Shown here: positions 62,838 to 64,000 of the stretch, in pieces
Layout of the letters: every line of letters starts with the position of its first letter
How positions within the stretch are numbered: the stretch's first letter is position 1
Source: Rebecca billardiae RCC1528
Lineage: Eukaryota > Protista > Haptophyta
Direction: 5' to 3'
DNA: 64,000 nucleotides
Assembly (NCBI GenBank): GCA_965240325.2
Contig: OZ251223.1
Span: 1,550,001 to 1,614,000, forward strand
The notes under the pieces: model-generated
Told to the model about the DNA's origin: nothing
The model's database searches: none
Seen by the model: the letters and a program-made list of their open reading frames with translations, nothing else
Translations under genes and position numbers: made by a program

Positions 62838-64000
62838 CCGCACCGACGGCCCGCAGAGATGCCCGCCTGCTGCTGGGCCCGCGGGCGAGATACTCCGTGA
62901 GGTGCGAAGGCCACACAGAGCGCTCCGGGGGCGTTTGCTGGCCCCTTCTTGGTGCACGTGCGCGGGCGCGCAGCGCGGGCTGCGCGGCAACCCCAAGCTG
63001 GGATCGCGTCGTTTCGGTTGGGTATGGAGGGGAAAATGACTTGACGTATTAATCACACCTTGACGCATCCCTATTCTCTCTCCTCCGCTCAGATTGCCGA
63101 AAGCATATGTCCGAGGACAACATTTGCGAAGGGAGCAACCTTCTTAAACCAACACAAACCAATAGTTCAGCATGCAAGTCAACATCGAGTAATTGCAAGT
63201 CGTAAATGGCGGGCCGTGTAATCGCTCCTTTACCCCTATAATGATAGTCCGAAACTCATCCATCTCCGTTTTAAAAGGCACAGCTTCTGGAAGGAACCGC
63301 TTGTAAGTAGCGCCTTGCTGGCCGCCTCGCGGCGGCGCCAGGTTGCCGCGTAGCAGGCGTGCTGAACGAGATCTACATCATGGCTCCGGGTGACCGTGTT
63401 CAGACTACTCCCAGCTGACGAGCTCTACGATAGTCTGCCGACGTGCGCTGCTGTGCGCAGTACAGCCCCCAATTGTACCCATCGAATCCTCGCACCGCTC
63501 GGTCCATCAGTCACGGGGCGCGCCTGCCGTGGCCTGGTGGCCAACGGGACCGTCCCACTCCTTCGACGGGGACGGGACTGGGAGTGCGAAGGTCATGCGA
63601 CCAGGCAGGGCAGGGGACACTGGCACGCAGGGTAGACGTGCACAGGAGGCTGCAGTTGCTTCACGCGCGAAGCTATGATTGAGGGCTGAGGCATCAGCTG
63701 GGCCGGCTCGCGGTGGGTGAGCGGACCACGTGCTGGTCCGGTCGCCGCACTCTAGCGAGCTCCGGAGAGCCGAGTGATGGTCTCTAGGCGGGACGGCATG
63801 CAAATGGCTCCGCTTGCTTCCTTGCAGAGGGCGCTACGCGGAGAGCACGTCAGTGCGTCCCAGATGATCGCAACTTGACTCCTCGCCCGCGCTGCAACAC
63901 TGCCTCTCGTTCAGACATTGCATACAGTTTACTAAGAATAAGAGACGCAGACAGCTCAGGCAGGCGACAGTAGCGTAGAAAGTGCGCATGCGCGCGCACG

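Noticed and set aside
63100-64000. Short ORFs at the window end
   Set aside because: No motifs and fragmented frames; unassignable.

Overview
Eukaryotic, very GC-rich, intron-containing genomic DNA. A haptophyte alga is my inference from GC-rich and GC-AG introns, bipartite plastid-type leaders and the homeodomain type; this is not proven. About 22 host genes are recognisable: BTB/KCTD, P450, RidA, TOM1-like, a multidomain cathepsin, DUF4239-like, ArgRS, CS-domain, ADCK2, M1 aminopeptidase, UBXN11, PNGase, DSP, homeobox, VOC, DBP3, GH81, cyclin-like and Sec14, plus a few unknowns. The main accessory feature is a 13.8-kb endogenous Polinton-like virus (46640-60477) bounded by 245-bp terminal inverted repeats. 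It encodes a protein-primed PolB, A32 packaging ATPase, minor and major capsid proteins, lipase, GIY-YIG nuclease, a triple-LamG protein and Tlr6F, with all ORFs apparently intact. It has no recognisable integrase and no target-site duplication, and most of its genes share an AT-rich upstream motif. A second mobile element is a 1.1-kb non-autonomous foldback transposon (37792-38914) with 400-bp TIRs and a 7-bp TSD, P/Galileo-like. It sits between a Tudor-like pseudogene and the GH81 gene. All domain calls come from reading motifs by eye; no searches were run.
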